64,000 bases of DNA, taken from NCBI GenBank assembly GCA_030646035.1, contig JAUSMY010000056.1, positions 5,481 to 69,480 on the forward strand. Reading direction: 5' to 3'. Both the position numbers and the translations under genes were made by a program. Position 1 is the stretch's first letter; every line of letters starts with the position of its first letter. Source of the stretch: Thermodesulfovibrionia bacterium. Lineage in GTDB: Bacteria > Nitrospirota > Thermodesulfovibrionia > UBA6902. The notes beneath the pieces are model-generated. The model was not told where the DNA came from and searched no databases. It saw only the letters and a program-made list of their open reading frames with translations. Below are positions 1 through 8,040 of this stretch, piece by piece.

Positions 1-279
1 AAAAGTATTGTTTCAAATTCGTGTATAGAAGCCATTCCAGGCTGTGCTTGGTGCGTCTATCAACCATACTGTGGAAATGACCCTATAAGAAACCATACCC
101 AGCATGGTCATTTTATTGGTAACAGTGCGAGAACTGATTTTTGCCATAAGCACAAAGCAATTTTCAATATTATATTTGAATACCTTCAAAGAAATGATTC
201 AAGCATTATAAATGTATTTTGGTCATGGGTTACTCGGCGAAACACATTTGAAATGAACAATAATATTATTTCTTCTTGA
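1..279 (+). CDS. 3' fragment of a radical SAM enzyme: SPASM/twitch auxiliary Fe-S cluster domain (possible HxsB-like RiPP maturase). The 5' end lies outside the window.
   Basis: Frame 1 is open from the window edge to TGA at 277-279. The translation ...CIEAIPGCAWCVYQPYCGNDP... carries the C-x-x-C-x5-C-x3-C pattern typical of SPASM domains. It sits directly upstream of a second radical SAM gene. Confidence 0.5.
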   Translation, partial: KSIVSNSCIEAIPGCAWCVYQPYCGNDPIRNHTQHGHFIGNSARTDFCHKHKAIFNIIFEYLQRNDSSIINVFWSWVTRRNTFEMNNNIISS

Positions 280-283
280 TAAC

Positions 284-1396
284 ATGAGATCATTTAAAAC
301 AATTACAAATAATAATAAAATGTGTATTTGCAAAATAACGTCAAAGTGCGTTGATGCGAATGGGACAATTTCATACTTTGCGTCTATGTCAAATGGCAAC
401 ACATGCATAATCCTTGAAGCAAGAGCGTACACGCCAGAGAACTATACAGGTTTTGTATATAGAATTTATGATGATAATCAAGCCTTAGATGTTGGAGATA
501 TAGTGCGCTTTGAAGAAACTGGACATGGCACTGTTATATACGAAAATAAGTCTTTCTCTAATGCGATTTTCCTTACTGAAAAATGTAACTGTAGATGTAT
601 AATGTGTCCACAGCCTCCAAAAAGCATCGATAATTTTGATCATATTAATTTATCACGCAACACCCTTTCTTTGTTGGATTCTGAAACAGAAGTAATAGGC
701 ATAACTGGCGGAGAGCCTACAATGGTATGGGAAGACTTAATGGAAGTTCTGACAATATGTCGAACTAAACTTCCCAAAACCTCTATTCAACTTTTGACCA
801 ATGCCAGAGTATTGAAAGACTTCGGCAAGACTCAAGAATTATCTATTGCTGGCGGCAAAAACCTGATTGTTTGTATTCCAGTTTATGCTGATGTTTATTC
901 AATTCATGATAAAATAGTTAGTGTTAAAGGAGCTTTTTGGGAAACAATTAACGGTATTTATAACTTAGAAAGGCTTAATATTAAAATTGAGTTACGTACT
1001 GTAATTTCAAAATTGAATTATTCTCGTCTTACTAATTGGAGTGAATTTATTTATCGAAACCTTCCATTTGTAAGTCATATCGCCTTAATGGGCTTAGAGC
1101 CAACTGGTTTGGCGTTAAAAAACATAGACGAGGTTTGGATTGACCCACTGGAATATATGCCGATGCTTGAAGAAGCAACTAAATTGTTATATCAACGCAA
1201 TATGAACGTGTCGATTTATAATCATCAGCTATGCACATTGCCAAAGAAACTTTGGGGATTTTCAAAAAAAAGCATATCCGAATGGAAGAATATTTATTTA
1301 ATTGAGTGTATAGCTTGTAATAAGAAAAATGAGTGCGGAGGTTTTTTTAAATCTTCAGAGAAGATAAGAGGGCGTAATATTAGCCCATTTATATAA
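284..1396 (+). CDS. Radical SAM protein, RiPP-maturase-like (His-Xaa-Ser-system HxsB/HxsC-like)
   Basis: The CNCRCIMC motif gives CX3CX2C, followed by a GITGGEPTM SAM-binding glycine-rich motif. The C-terminus is Cys-rich (CIACNKKNECGG). The gene is adjacent to a His-Xaa-Ser repeat protein. Whether the start is 284 or an internal Met is uncertain. Confidence 0.7.
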   Translation: MRSFKTITNNNKMCICKITSKCVDANGTISYFASMSNGNTCIILEARAYTPENYTGFVYRIYDDNQALDVGDIVRFEETGHGTVIYENKSFSNAIFLTEKCNCRCIMCPQPPKSIDNFDHINLSRNTLSLLDSETEVIGITGGEPTMVWEDLMEVLTICRTKLPKTSIQLLTNARVLKDFGKTQELSIAGGKNLIVCIPVYADVYSIHDKIVSVKGAFWETINGIYNLERLNIKIELRTVISKLNYSRLTNWSEFIYRNLPFVSHIALMGLEPTGLALKNIDEVWIDPLEYMPMLEEATKLLYQRNMNVSIYNHQLCTLPKKLWGFSKKSISEWKNIYLIECIACNKKNECGGFFKSSEKIRGRNISPFI

Positions 1397-1427
1397 ACAA
1401 TTTTATAATTCAAGGAGAGGTGATATT

Positions 1428-2117
1428 ATGTCAAAGAAAATGTTCTTAAAGATTTGGGCAGGTGTTTTATCTTCATTGTCATTATCAGCTACTGAGAGTG
1501 TTGCAGATCTACAAATATACCAAAGAGAACCGGCTAATGATAAATTTGAAATAATTATGGAATCAAGCAAACCAGATATCTTTCTCAAACATGCAAAAGA
1601 AACTTACTCTGATTCTATGCTATTTGCAGGGCACAGAAGTCACCGTAGCCATCAAAGTCATTATTCATCTTATTCAAATCCTGACAAAACAACTAACACC
1701 TCAACTAAATCTACTGAAAAAACAATATATACTCCCTCTACAAACCCAGACACTACAACATCTCCTGAAAATTCAATATATACACCCTCTACAAATCAAA
1801 ACACTAATACATCAAAGAAATTAAAGGAACTAAATTCTACTGATATAAAGATGATTCAATTTTCACTGAACCTTCTTGGATTTAGTGCTAATAAAGTTGA
1901 TGGGATAATGAGTAGTGGCACTAAATCTGCTATTGAGAAATTTCAAACCAGCGAGAATCTCACCGTATCTGGTAAGATGGACGGTCAGACATGTTTGTTT
2001 TTAGCTCGTAAGCTTAAAGAGAACTTCCCAGACAATGCTGATGCAAAGGCGGTACATACTCATCTTATGAGTCTCTATATGAAATTAGAAAGTAGCACAT
2101 TGGAAATCACTAATTAG
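1428..2117 (+). CDS. Secreted His-Xaa-Ser repeat protein with a C-terminal peptidoglycan-binding (PG_binding_1-like) domain. Candidate radical-SAM substrate (HxsD-like).
   Basis: Good RBS (AAGGAGAGG) before the ATG and an N-terminal signal peptide. HRSHRSHQSHYSSYS gives three consecutive H-x-S units. It is followed by an S/T/N-rich linker with duplicated TIYTPSTNP/SIYTPSTNQ and a C-terminal motif IQFSLNLLGFSANKVDGIMSSGTKSAIEKFQ typical of PG-binding domains. Confidence 0.6.
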   Translation: MSKKMFLKIWAGVLSSLSLSATESVADLQIYQREPANDKFEIIMESSKPDIFLKHAKETYSDSMLFAGHRSHRSHQSHYSSYSNPDKTTNTSTKSTEKTIYTPSTNPDTTTSPENSIYTPSTNQNTNTSKKLKELNSTDIKMIQFSLNLLGFSANKVDGIMSSGTKSAIEKFQTSENLTVSGKMDGQTCLFLARKLKENFPDNADAKAVHTHLMSLYMKLESSTLEITN

Positions 2118-2138
2118 TTCAGGAGAATTACAAAAACA

Positions 2139-3401
2139 ATGAAGCATATTAATAAAATAATAAGTGTAAATTTATTACTCTTTATTTTATTGTATGGAAC
2201 GCTTCTGTCTTTTGCAGTAACTCCTACTTCATGGTCAGGAAAAGTAATAGAGGTTCTTGACGGAGACATTATCAAAGTGCTCCATGAGAACCATGAAGAA
2301 ACTATTATTTTAGCTGAAGTTGACTGTCCAAAAGTTGACCAGCCATTCGGAAGCATCGCAAAAAACTTTACTTCATATTTGAGTCTTGGAAAAATAATTA
2401 CAGTAAAGCCAGTCGGTACTGATGGCAATAGTCATATTGTTGCTCACATAATTCTTCCTGATAGACATGATCTGAATGAGGACTTAGTAGAGGCAGGCTT
2501 AGCTTGGGTATTACCATCAACTTCAACTAAAAATGCGTTATTAGATAAAGAAGCACAAGCTCGTTCTGATAAACTTGGGATTTGGTCTGAAACAAATCCT
2601 ATTCCACCATGGGAGTGGAATATAAATATCCGCCAGGCTGAAAACGAAAGACTGCTATCTAACATCCAGGAAACGTCACCTTTATCAAAAGATGAAATTA
2701 ATACTTCTATTAGTCAGAACCTAAAATATGAATCTGATGAAAAAGACAGTTTTGTAATCTATCGTGGTTTTGTTGTGAACTTTAATTGTCTTAAAAAAGG
2801 TCCAAATTTTACCATACATAGACTTACGGCAGAACAAATATCTACGGATCATGGCGAAAAAGCTAAAAGAAGAAGCAGTTTTTTTATAGACGACCATCAT
2901 TTAAAATCATGTTCCGCAACAAACAATGATTACAAGAAAAGTGGGTACGATCGTGGGCATATGGTTCCGGCTGGTGATTTTTACTGGAATCAATTACTGA
3001 AAAATGAAACTTTCGTTTTAACGAACATTTCTCCGCAAAGTCCAAACCTTAATAGAGGTATTTGGGTATTCTTGGAGAATACAATTAGAGATAGAGTTAC
3101 CAAAACAAGGCATACATTCTATATAATCACTGGCGTTATATATAGTGAGACTAAAAGCGATGTTATGGGACTTAGTAAGGTCGAGGTGCCCGATTCATTT
3201 TACAAAATTATTTTTGATTCTGATAATAATGAAATGTATGGTTTCTTAATAAATAATGACTTAGACTCCTATGATAGGTCTTTAAAAAGTTATCAGGTTA
3301 GCATCGACTATATTGAAAAATTAGCTAATGAAGATTTCTTTGATAACCTACCTGACATGCTTGAAAACTCCATAGAATCCTCAACAATCTATTTAAATTA
3401 A
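2139..3401 (+). CDS. Secreted two-domain nuclease: N-terminal thermonuclease (SNase)-like domain fused to a C-terminal DNA/RNA non-specific endonuclease (Serratia NucA family)
   Basis: Signal peptide present. The SNase-like block reads VIEVLDGDIIKV...LAEVDCPK...GLAWV...DKLGIW. The Endonuclease_NS active-site motif reads DRGHMVPAGD ... NISPQ ... NRGIW. Confidence 0.7.
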   Translation: MKHINKIISVNLLLFILLYGTLLSFAVTPTSWSGKVIEVLDGDIIKVLHENHEETIILAEVDCPKVDQPFGSIAKNFTSYLSLGKIITVKPVGTDGNSHIVAHIILPDRHDLNEDLVEAGLAWVLPSTSTKNALLDKEAQARSDKLGIWSETNPIPPWEWNINIRQAENERLLSNIQETSPLSKDEINTSISQNLKYESDEKDSFVIYRGFVVNFNCLKKGPNFTIHRLTAEQISTDHGEKAKRRSSFFIDDHHLKSCSATNNDYKKSGYDRGHMVPAGDFYWNQLLKNETFVLTNISPQSPNLNRGIWVFLENTIRDRVTKTRHTFYIITGVIYSETKSDVMGLSKVEVPDSFYKIIFDSDNNEMYGFLINNDLDSYDRSLKSYQVSIDYIEKLANEDFFDNLPDMLENSIESSTIYLN

Positions 3402-3409
3402 TATGAATT

Positions 3410-5434
3410 ATGGCCTTGAATAAATGTTGTACCAGCCTTGCCCTTAGTATGGTCCTTTCTCTTTTTATTGCCAATCCATTTGTAATCTATCTCCTCTTTA
3501 AACAAGTATCTATTTCCATGATCGTTTTTGCAATCGTTTTTATCATGATATATACAACACATTATTTCTATAGCGATGCAAAATGGTTCTTTATATATTT
3601 ATTGAACTTCATAGTCATTCTATCAATTTTCTTATACTTTGAAGTTGTATTTAGGTATGCATTTCAGGAATATATAATCAAAGATTTGTATATAGCGAAA
3701 TCGAAGTATTATTTCAACAAACCCAATTTAAATGAACCTCTAATAGATAGTGAATATAAATCACTATACCGCACTAATAATCAAGGTTATCGTATCGGTA
3801 TATCAACTCCCATGGATAAGGAGTTGAAAGCATGTGACTGGATATTCTTAGGTGATTCTTTTACGCAAGGAGCACAAGTTGAATTTGAACAACTATACAC
3901 TTCGATGTTATATAGGTATTTCCCCAATAAAATAATACTTAACGCTGGCGTTAGTGGCTTTGGAATCGCAGAGGAATATTATTTGCTCAAAGATTTAACC
4001 GCGGAAATAAAACCTAAAAAGGTTTTTTTGCAATTAGGTAGTTTTAATGATTTTGTGAACGTTGAAATTAAATCGCGAAGCATATCAGATTATATAATGC
4101 AATATTCTGATCTGTTTAGATATTTACTGTATGGATTAAAGTATCAACGTTCTGATGACTTGCCATTAGGAAGGTGGACAGAGCCGTTTCATATATCTGA
4201 GAACGACAATATTGACTTTAATATATTTTATAATAAGTCATCTCCGCAGAAAGAAGCAGATATTGAGGCACTAAAAAAGTATTTTGTTCTTTTAAATCAA
4301 GAAGTAGAAAAAGCAGGAGCGGAGTTGATTTTAATTATTCTTCCATCAAAGGAGCAGGTCTATCCAAGATATTTTGATGAAGTCATTAAAACTTTTAAGA
4401 TTAATATTGAATATTTAGACATGAATAAGCCTAATAAAATATTAACTGACTTGGCTAACTCATTGGGAGTTAGAGTTATAGATTTAACCAAAGAGTATAA
4501 AAAACTTCCTAATGAAGTTTTCTTAGTAAAAGATGAACATTTAAATGCATATGGGCATTCAGTGACCGCTGATATCATTGCAAATAAAATGAAAACCGAA
4601 GAAGCTATGAACGTTAAAATATTAGGATCGCATTCAATGACCGAACGGTATCCATCGTATACGAAAAATGGAACAAAATTAATCTATCAAGCATTACGTG
4701 AAGGAAAATTTGAAATAATGGAAGATGATATCATTTATGGTACAGAACAAAGAGTAACCTATGGCGGTGCTGACAAGCTTCACCCAACATTTTCGCCAAA
4801 TAATGAGTTGATAGCATATACAGAAGGAGATCCATCATCACTCAGAAGTAAGATTGCAATTCTCGATGTAACTAATTCACACAAGACATTAATTACAAAT
4901 AAGGAAAACCAATTTGGAGCTATTCCAATGTTCTCAAGTAATGGTAAATTAATCACATATGCCCAATGGCATTATGATCCTCGACTAACATATTATTCAC
5001 TGCCACAAATAGTTTACTCCGAATTAAACGGGGATCATGAGACGGTTATTACAAATAATGATTTTGAAAGCTGGAGACCAGTTTTTTCAAAAGACTCACA
5101 GTCAATATTTTATATATCAAGACGTAATGAGAATTTTGATATTTATAGATATGATCTTATATCTCATATAGAAATGAATCTTACAAATACTCCATATGAT
5201 GAATGGGACCCGAGCATTTCATTTGATGGAAATAAAATTGTTTTTGCTGCTCATAAATATGGGAATTGGGATTTATTTGAAATGAGTATAAAGGGAGAAA
5301 ATATTAGACAGTTAACCTTTACCGTTGGAGATGAATGGGATCCAAGCTATTCGCCAGACGGCAGTAATGTTGTTTTTGCTGGTGATTTTGGTTTTTTGGG
5401 CGGAATATATGAATATTCTCTTAATGAGCATTAA
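3410..5434 (+). CDS. Membrane-anchored SGNH/GDSL hydrolase fused to a TolB-like (PD40/WD40-like) beta-propeller
   Basis: Three N-terminal TM helices. SGNH blocks are present: GDSFTQG (catalytic Ser), NAGVSGFG and DEHLNAYGH (Asp/His). The C-terminal half carries repeated PD40-like units (FSPNNELIAY, FSSNGKLITY, FSKDSQSIFY, SFDGNKIVF, YSPDGSNVVF). Confidence 0.6.
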   Translation: MALNKCCTSLALSMVLSLFIANPFVIYLLFKQVSISMIVFAIVFIMIYTTHYFYSDAKWFFIYLLNFIVILSIFLYFEVVFRYAFQEYIIKDLYIAKSKYYFNKPNLNEPLIDSEYKSLYRTNNQGYRIGISTPMDKELKACDWIFLGDSFTQGAQVEFEQLYTSMLYRYFPNKIILNAGVSGFGIAEEYYLLKDLTAEIKPKKVFLQLGSFNDFVNVEIKSRSISDYIMQYSDLFRYLLYGLKYQRSDDLPLGRWTEPFHISENDNIDFNIFYNKSSPQKEADIEALKKYFVLLNQEVEKAGAELILIILPSKEQVYPRYFDEVIKTFKINIEYLDMNKPNKILTDLANSLGVRVIDLTKEYKKLPNEVFLVKDEHLNAYGHSVTADIIANKMKTEEAMNVKILGSHSMTERYPSYTKNGTKLIYQALREGKFEIMEDDIIYGTEQRVTYGGADKLHPTFSPNNELIAYTEGDPSSLRSKIAILDVTNSHKTLITNKENQFGAIPMFSSNGKLITYAQWHYDPRLTYYSLPQIVYSELNGDHETVITNNDFESWRPVFSKDSQSIFYISRRNENFDIYRYDLISHIEMNLTNTPYDEWDPSISFDGNKIVFAAHKYGNWDLFEMSIKGENIRQLTFTVGDEWDPSYSPDGSNVVFAGDFGFLGGIYEYSLNEH

Positions 5435-5605
5435 TACACTGTATTTTGTAGTTGTATTTTATTATCTACACTAATTTGAAGGCCAGAAAAAAAGGACATG
5501 TCTTATGTTAATTGTTATACTAAAAAGGAGAAGCCATGTACTGCACGAATTTTAGTAATCAAGTCGACGTAAAGGCGGGCGGCAAGTGCCAGGCAGCTAA
5601 ACGCT

Positions 5606-6052
5606 ATGCTTAAAAGGAAAACTTACATGAGATTATTGCAGGTAAATTTCTTTGTTGTGATTCTCGCCTTGTCTATAGTCAGTTGCGAGAAAAGCCCTGT
5701 TGAGGAATTGCAAGAGAAGGCAACCATTTGGATCAATACACTCCATTCCCTCACAGGGGATGAACAGCATGATGTCAAGGCAATAGAGGAATTCATTGAA
5801 CCATCGTCAGTTCGTGGTGAAAGAGCAAAGGAATACTACATTGAATGGACGAAGGATACGTCGTATAAAGTGATAGCGGGCTCTGTAGATGAGGTGTTAG
5901 TTGAAACAGATGGAATTAAAGGAATGGTCCGATATAGTATGGTTTATGAAGACTCGTCAGGACAAAGACAGGTGATTTCGCAACGCACAAAATGGAAGAT
6001 GGTAGACGGAGTATGGTATCGCATTATTGAAATGCCTGACATAAGAAGATAA
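5606..6052 (+). CDS. Hypothetical lipoprotein
   Basis: Signal peptide with a lipobox-like LSIVSC. No recognisable catalytic motif. Confidence 0.4.
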   Translation: MLKRKTYMRLLQVNFFVVILALSIVSCEKSPVEELQEKATIWINTLHSLTGDEQHDVKAIEEFIEPSSVRGERAKEYYIEWTKDTSYKVIAGSVDEVLVETDGIKGMVRYSMVYEDSSGQRQVISQRTKWKMVDGVWYRIIEMPDIRR

Positions 6053-6080
6053 TTTATCTACGAATTCGTTTTAATCTCTT

Positions 6081-7562
6081 TTAAAAAATAAAATAAATAA
6101 AAGATTTTCCTCCGATATCACCCAGAAATAGCAACGAGCATATTATGATATTTAGTAAACATAATTCCTTTATTGTTACATGGTTAATGTCCGCCTTATA
6201 ATAATACCTTTCAATCCAGTCGAACGTTTCATTTAAAAAGAAAAATATAAGTAATAATAAATATGTAATTAATTCAAGTTGAGAAATACCCTGTATTTTA
6301 AATATTGACCATAAGTTATATGTATCATTAGGAATAAGATCAGCAAGTGAGAACATATCAGACATGATAGTTTTGATTATATAGGTTGCACTTGTAAGAT
6401 TATTTGCTCGGAAGAAAATCCAGCCCAAAGAAACCAAATTAAAGGTTACAATTGTTTTAATTAACTTATGTAATTTATCATATTTATTTAAACCAATTTT
6501 CTCAGCAATATATTCTCTAACATTGGCAGTCATGACGCCAGACACATAAAATAGACCATGTATTGCTCCCCATATAACAAAGTTTAAACTTGCACCATGC
6601 CATAATCCACTAACTAAAAAAACAATCATTATATTTCTATACCATCTATAAGTAGATACAGTATTGCCACCTAGAGGAATATATATATAATCCTTAAACC
6701 AAGACATTAGCGTTATGTGCCATCTTTTCCAAAAATCTGCAATTGATGTTGCAAGGTAGGGTTTTTGGAAATTTTCTGATAGCCTGTATCCAAATAGTTG
6801 TGCTGTGCCAATAGCAATGTCACAGTATCCTGAAAAATCACAATATATTTGGAAGGCAAATATATATGTTGTAAGCAGGAAAGTAAATCCGTTATTCCCA
6901 TATGGATTGCCATAAACCAAATCAACTATTAAAGCTAATTTGTCAGCTATAACAATTTTTTTAAAAAGACCCCAAAGAATCCGTTTAACACCATTTAGAA
7001 CTGCATTTAAATTTATTGTCGGCAAGTTATTAAATTGAGGAAGCAAATTGTCTGCTCGTTCTATTGGCCCAGCAAGAAGTTTTGGGAAAAAGGAAATATA
7101 TAAGGCGAATTTACTGAACTGCTTTTCAGGAATATACTTCTTATTATATATATCAAGGCAGTATGAAATAGCTTGAAAAGTATAGAATGAGATACCAATG
7201 GGTAAAGTGATATTATGAATGTTGTAAAAAGATGGGATACCAAAAGAGGGAATTATAATTTTCACAAATCTCAAGAATAAATCTAAGTACTTAAAAATAA
7301 AGAGCAACCCTATATTTGAGAATAAAACAAAAAATAGCCAAAACTTCTTTTTGAGGCCTTCAGACGAAATAATTTTTTGACTACCTAAATAGGTTGTAAC
7401 CGTAGAAAATAGAATTAAAATTATGTATATTGGTTCCGAATAAACATAAAAGAAATAGCTTGCTACCAGAAGAATAATCCAACGACATTTAGAATTAACG
7501 AGAAAATAACATGCTAATACTATTGAAAGAAAGATTAAATATTCTGTAGAGTTAAATGGCAT
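6081..7562 (-). CDS. MBOAT-family membrane-bound O-acyltransferase (AlgI/DltB/PatA-like)
   Basis: Multi-pass membrane protein. It has the MBOAT signature FWKRWHITLMSWFKDYIYIPLGGN and the conserved His region WHGASLNFVIWGAIHG. Confidence 0.8.
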   Translation of the reverse strand: MPFNSTEYLIFLSIVLACYFLVNSKCRWIILLVASYFFYVYSEPIYIILILFSTVTTYLGSQKIISSEGLKKKFWLFFVLFSNIGLLFIFKYLDLFLRFVKIIIPSFGIPSFYNIHNITLPIGISFYTFQAISYCLDIYNKKYIPEKQFSKFALYISFFPKLLAGPIERADNLLPQFNNLPTINLNAVLNGVKRILWGLFKKIVIADKLALIVDLVYGNPYGNNGFTFLLTTYIFAFQIYCDFSGYCDIAIGTAQLFGYRLSENFQKPYLATSIADFWKRWHITLMSWFKDYIYIPLGGNTVSTYRWYRNIMIVFLVSGLWHGASLNFVIWGAIHGLFYVSGVMTANVREYIAEKIGLNKYDKLHKLIKTIVTFNLVSLGWIFFRANNLTSATYIIKTIMSDMFSLADLIPNDTYNLWSIFKIQGISQLELITYLLLLIFFFLNETFDWIERYYYKADINHVTIKELCLLNIIICSLLFLGDIGGKSFIYFIF

Positions 7563-7873
7563 GAATATTTTGGGGGGACTGTCTCAGCCAACTTCGCAAC
7601 CTCATTTATCCCCAGTAATAATTATATACGAATAATTAGTAAGAATTTATTAACGGATTTAGCTTTTATTAAAATTATATAAATCATAACTTTAATAGCT
7701 GAAATCTGTTAATTATATTCTGACGATTATGAAATTTATTGTGTTGCGCTGTTTGCATATTATTTTGATATGAGCTGGGCTTATCGTATAACATAAATAT
7801 TGAATATCCATAACTTGGTCGTTTTTATTGTTATTTGATGTTTTTGAGAAATTGTAACCTATCACTCCCCCCC

Positions 7874-7890
7874 CACGCCACAGCGTGTCA
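7874..7890. promoter_or_regulatory. 17-bp palindromic site CACGCCACAGCGTGTCA. Its inverted partner lies at 14417-14433. Candidate late-activator/operator site.
   Basis: It is an exact inverted repeat of 14417-14433 (TGACACGCTGTGGCGTG). Both copies sit upstream of the duplicated leader elements of two late transcription units. Confidence 0.45.
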
Positions 7891-7969
7891 TTATTTTTAA
7901 ACCATATCTTGAAAAATCCCTGTTATATCTCTATGATTTTATTTAGATAATCAAGTTATATACACTTTT

Positions 7970-8040
7970 GGAGGCACATGATGCCCGGTTCTCCGCTTAA
8001 TAGCGGGGCAGCCGGGCATTTTTTGTTATGGCTGAAAAAG
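7970..8040 (+). promoter_or_regulatory. Copy 1 of a duplicated roughly 70-nt leader element with an RBS, a GC-clamped hairpin and a U-run, running into the start codon of the first structural gene
   Basis: It is about 90% identical to 14641-14711. The hairpin is GCCCGG..(CCGCU UAAU AGCGG)..CCGGGC followed by T6. Two substitutions between copies keep the inner stem paired through G.U wobbles. Confidence 0.55.

Noticed and set aside
6713-7243. Short minus-strand ORFs inside the MBOAT gene, and similar nested or antisense ORFs inside phage structural genes (for example 9188..9439, 17197..17559, 25430..25681, 28393..29852)
   Set aside because: They are fully contained within longer, motif-supported ORFs in another frame or strand and lack start signals. 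They are typical six-frame noise.
7565-7573. ATATTTTGG shared with 39197-39205 as a candidate att core
   Set aside because: A 9-nt match in AT-rich DNA is not significant on its own, and no longer tRNA-derived repeat was found at the left junction. It is noted only as a candidate.
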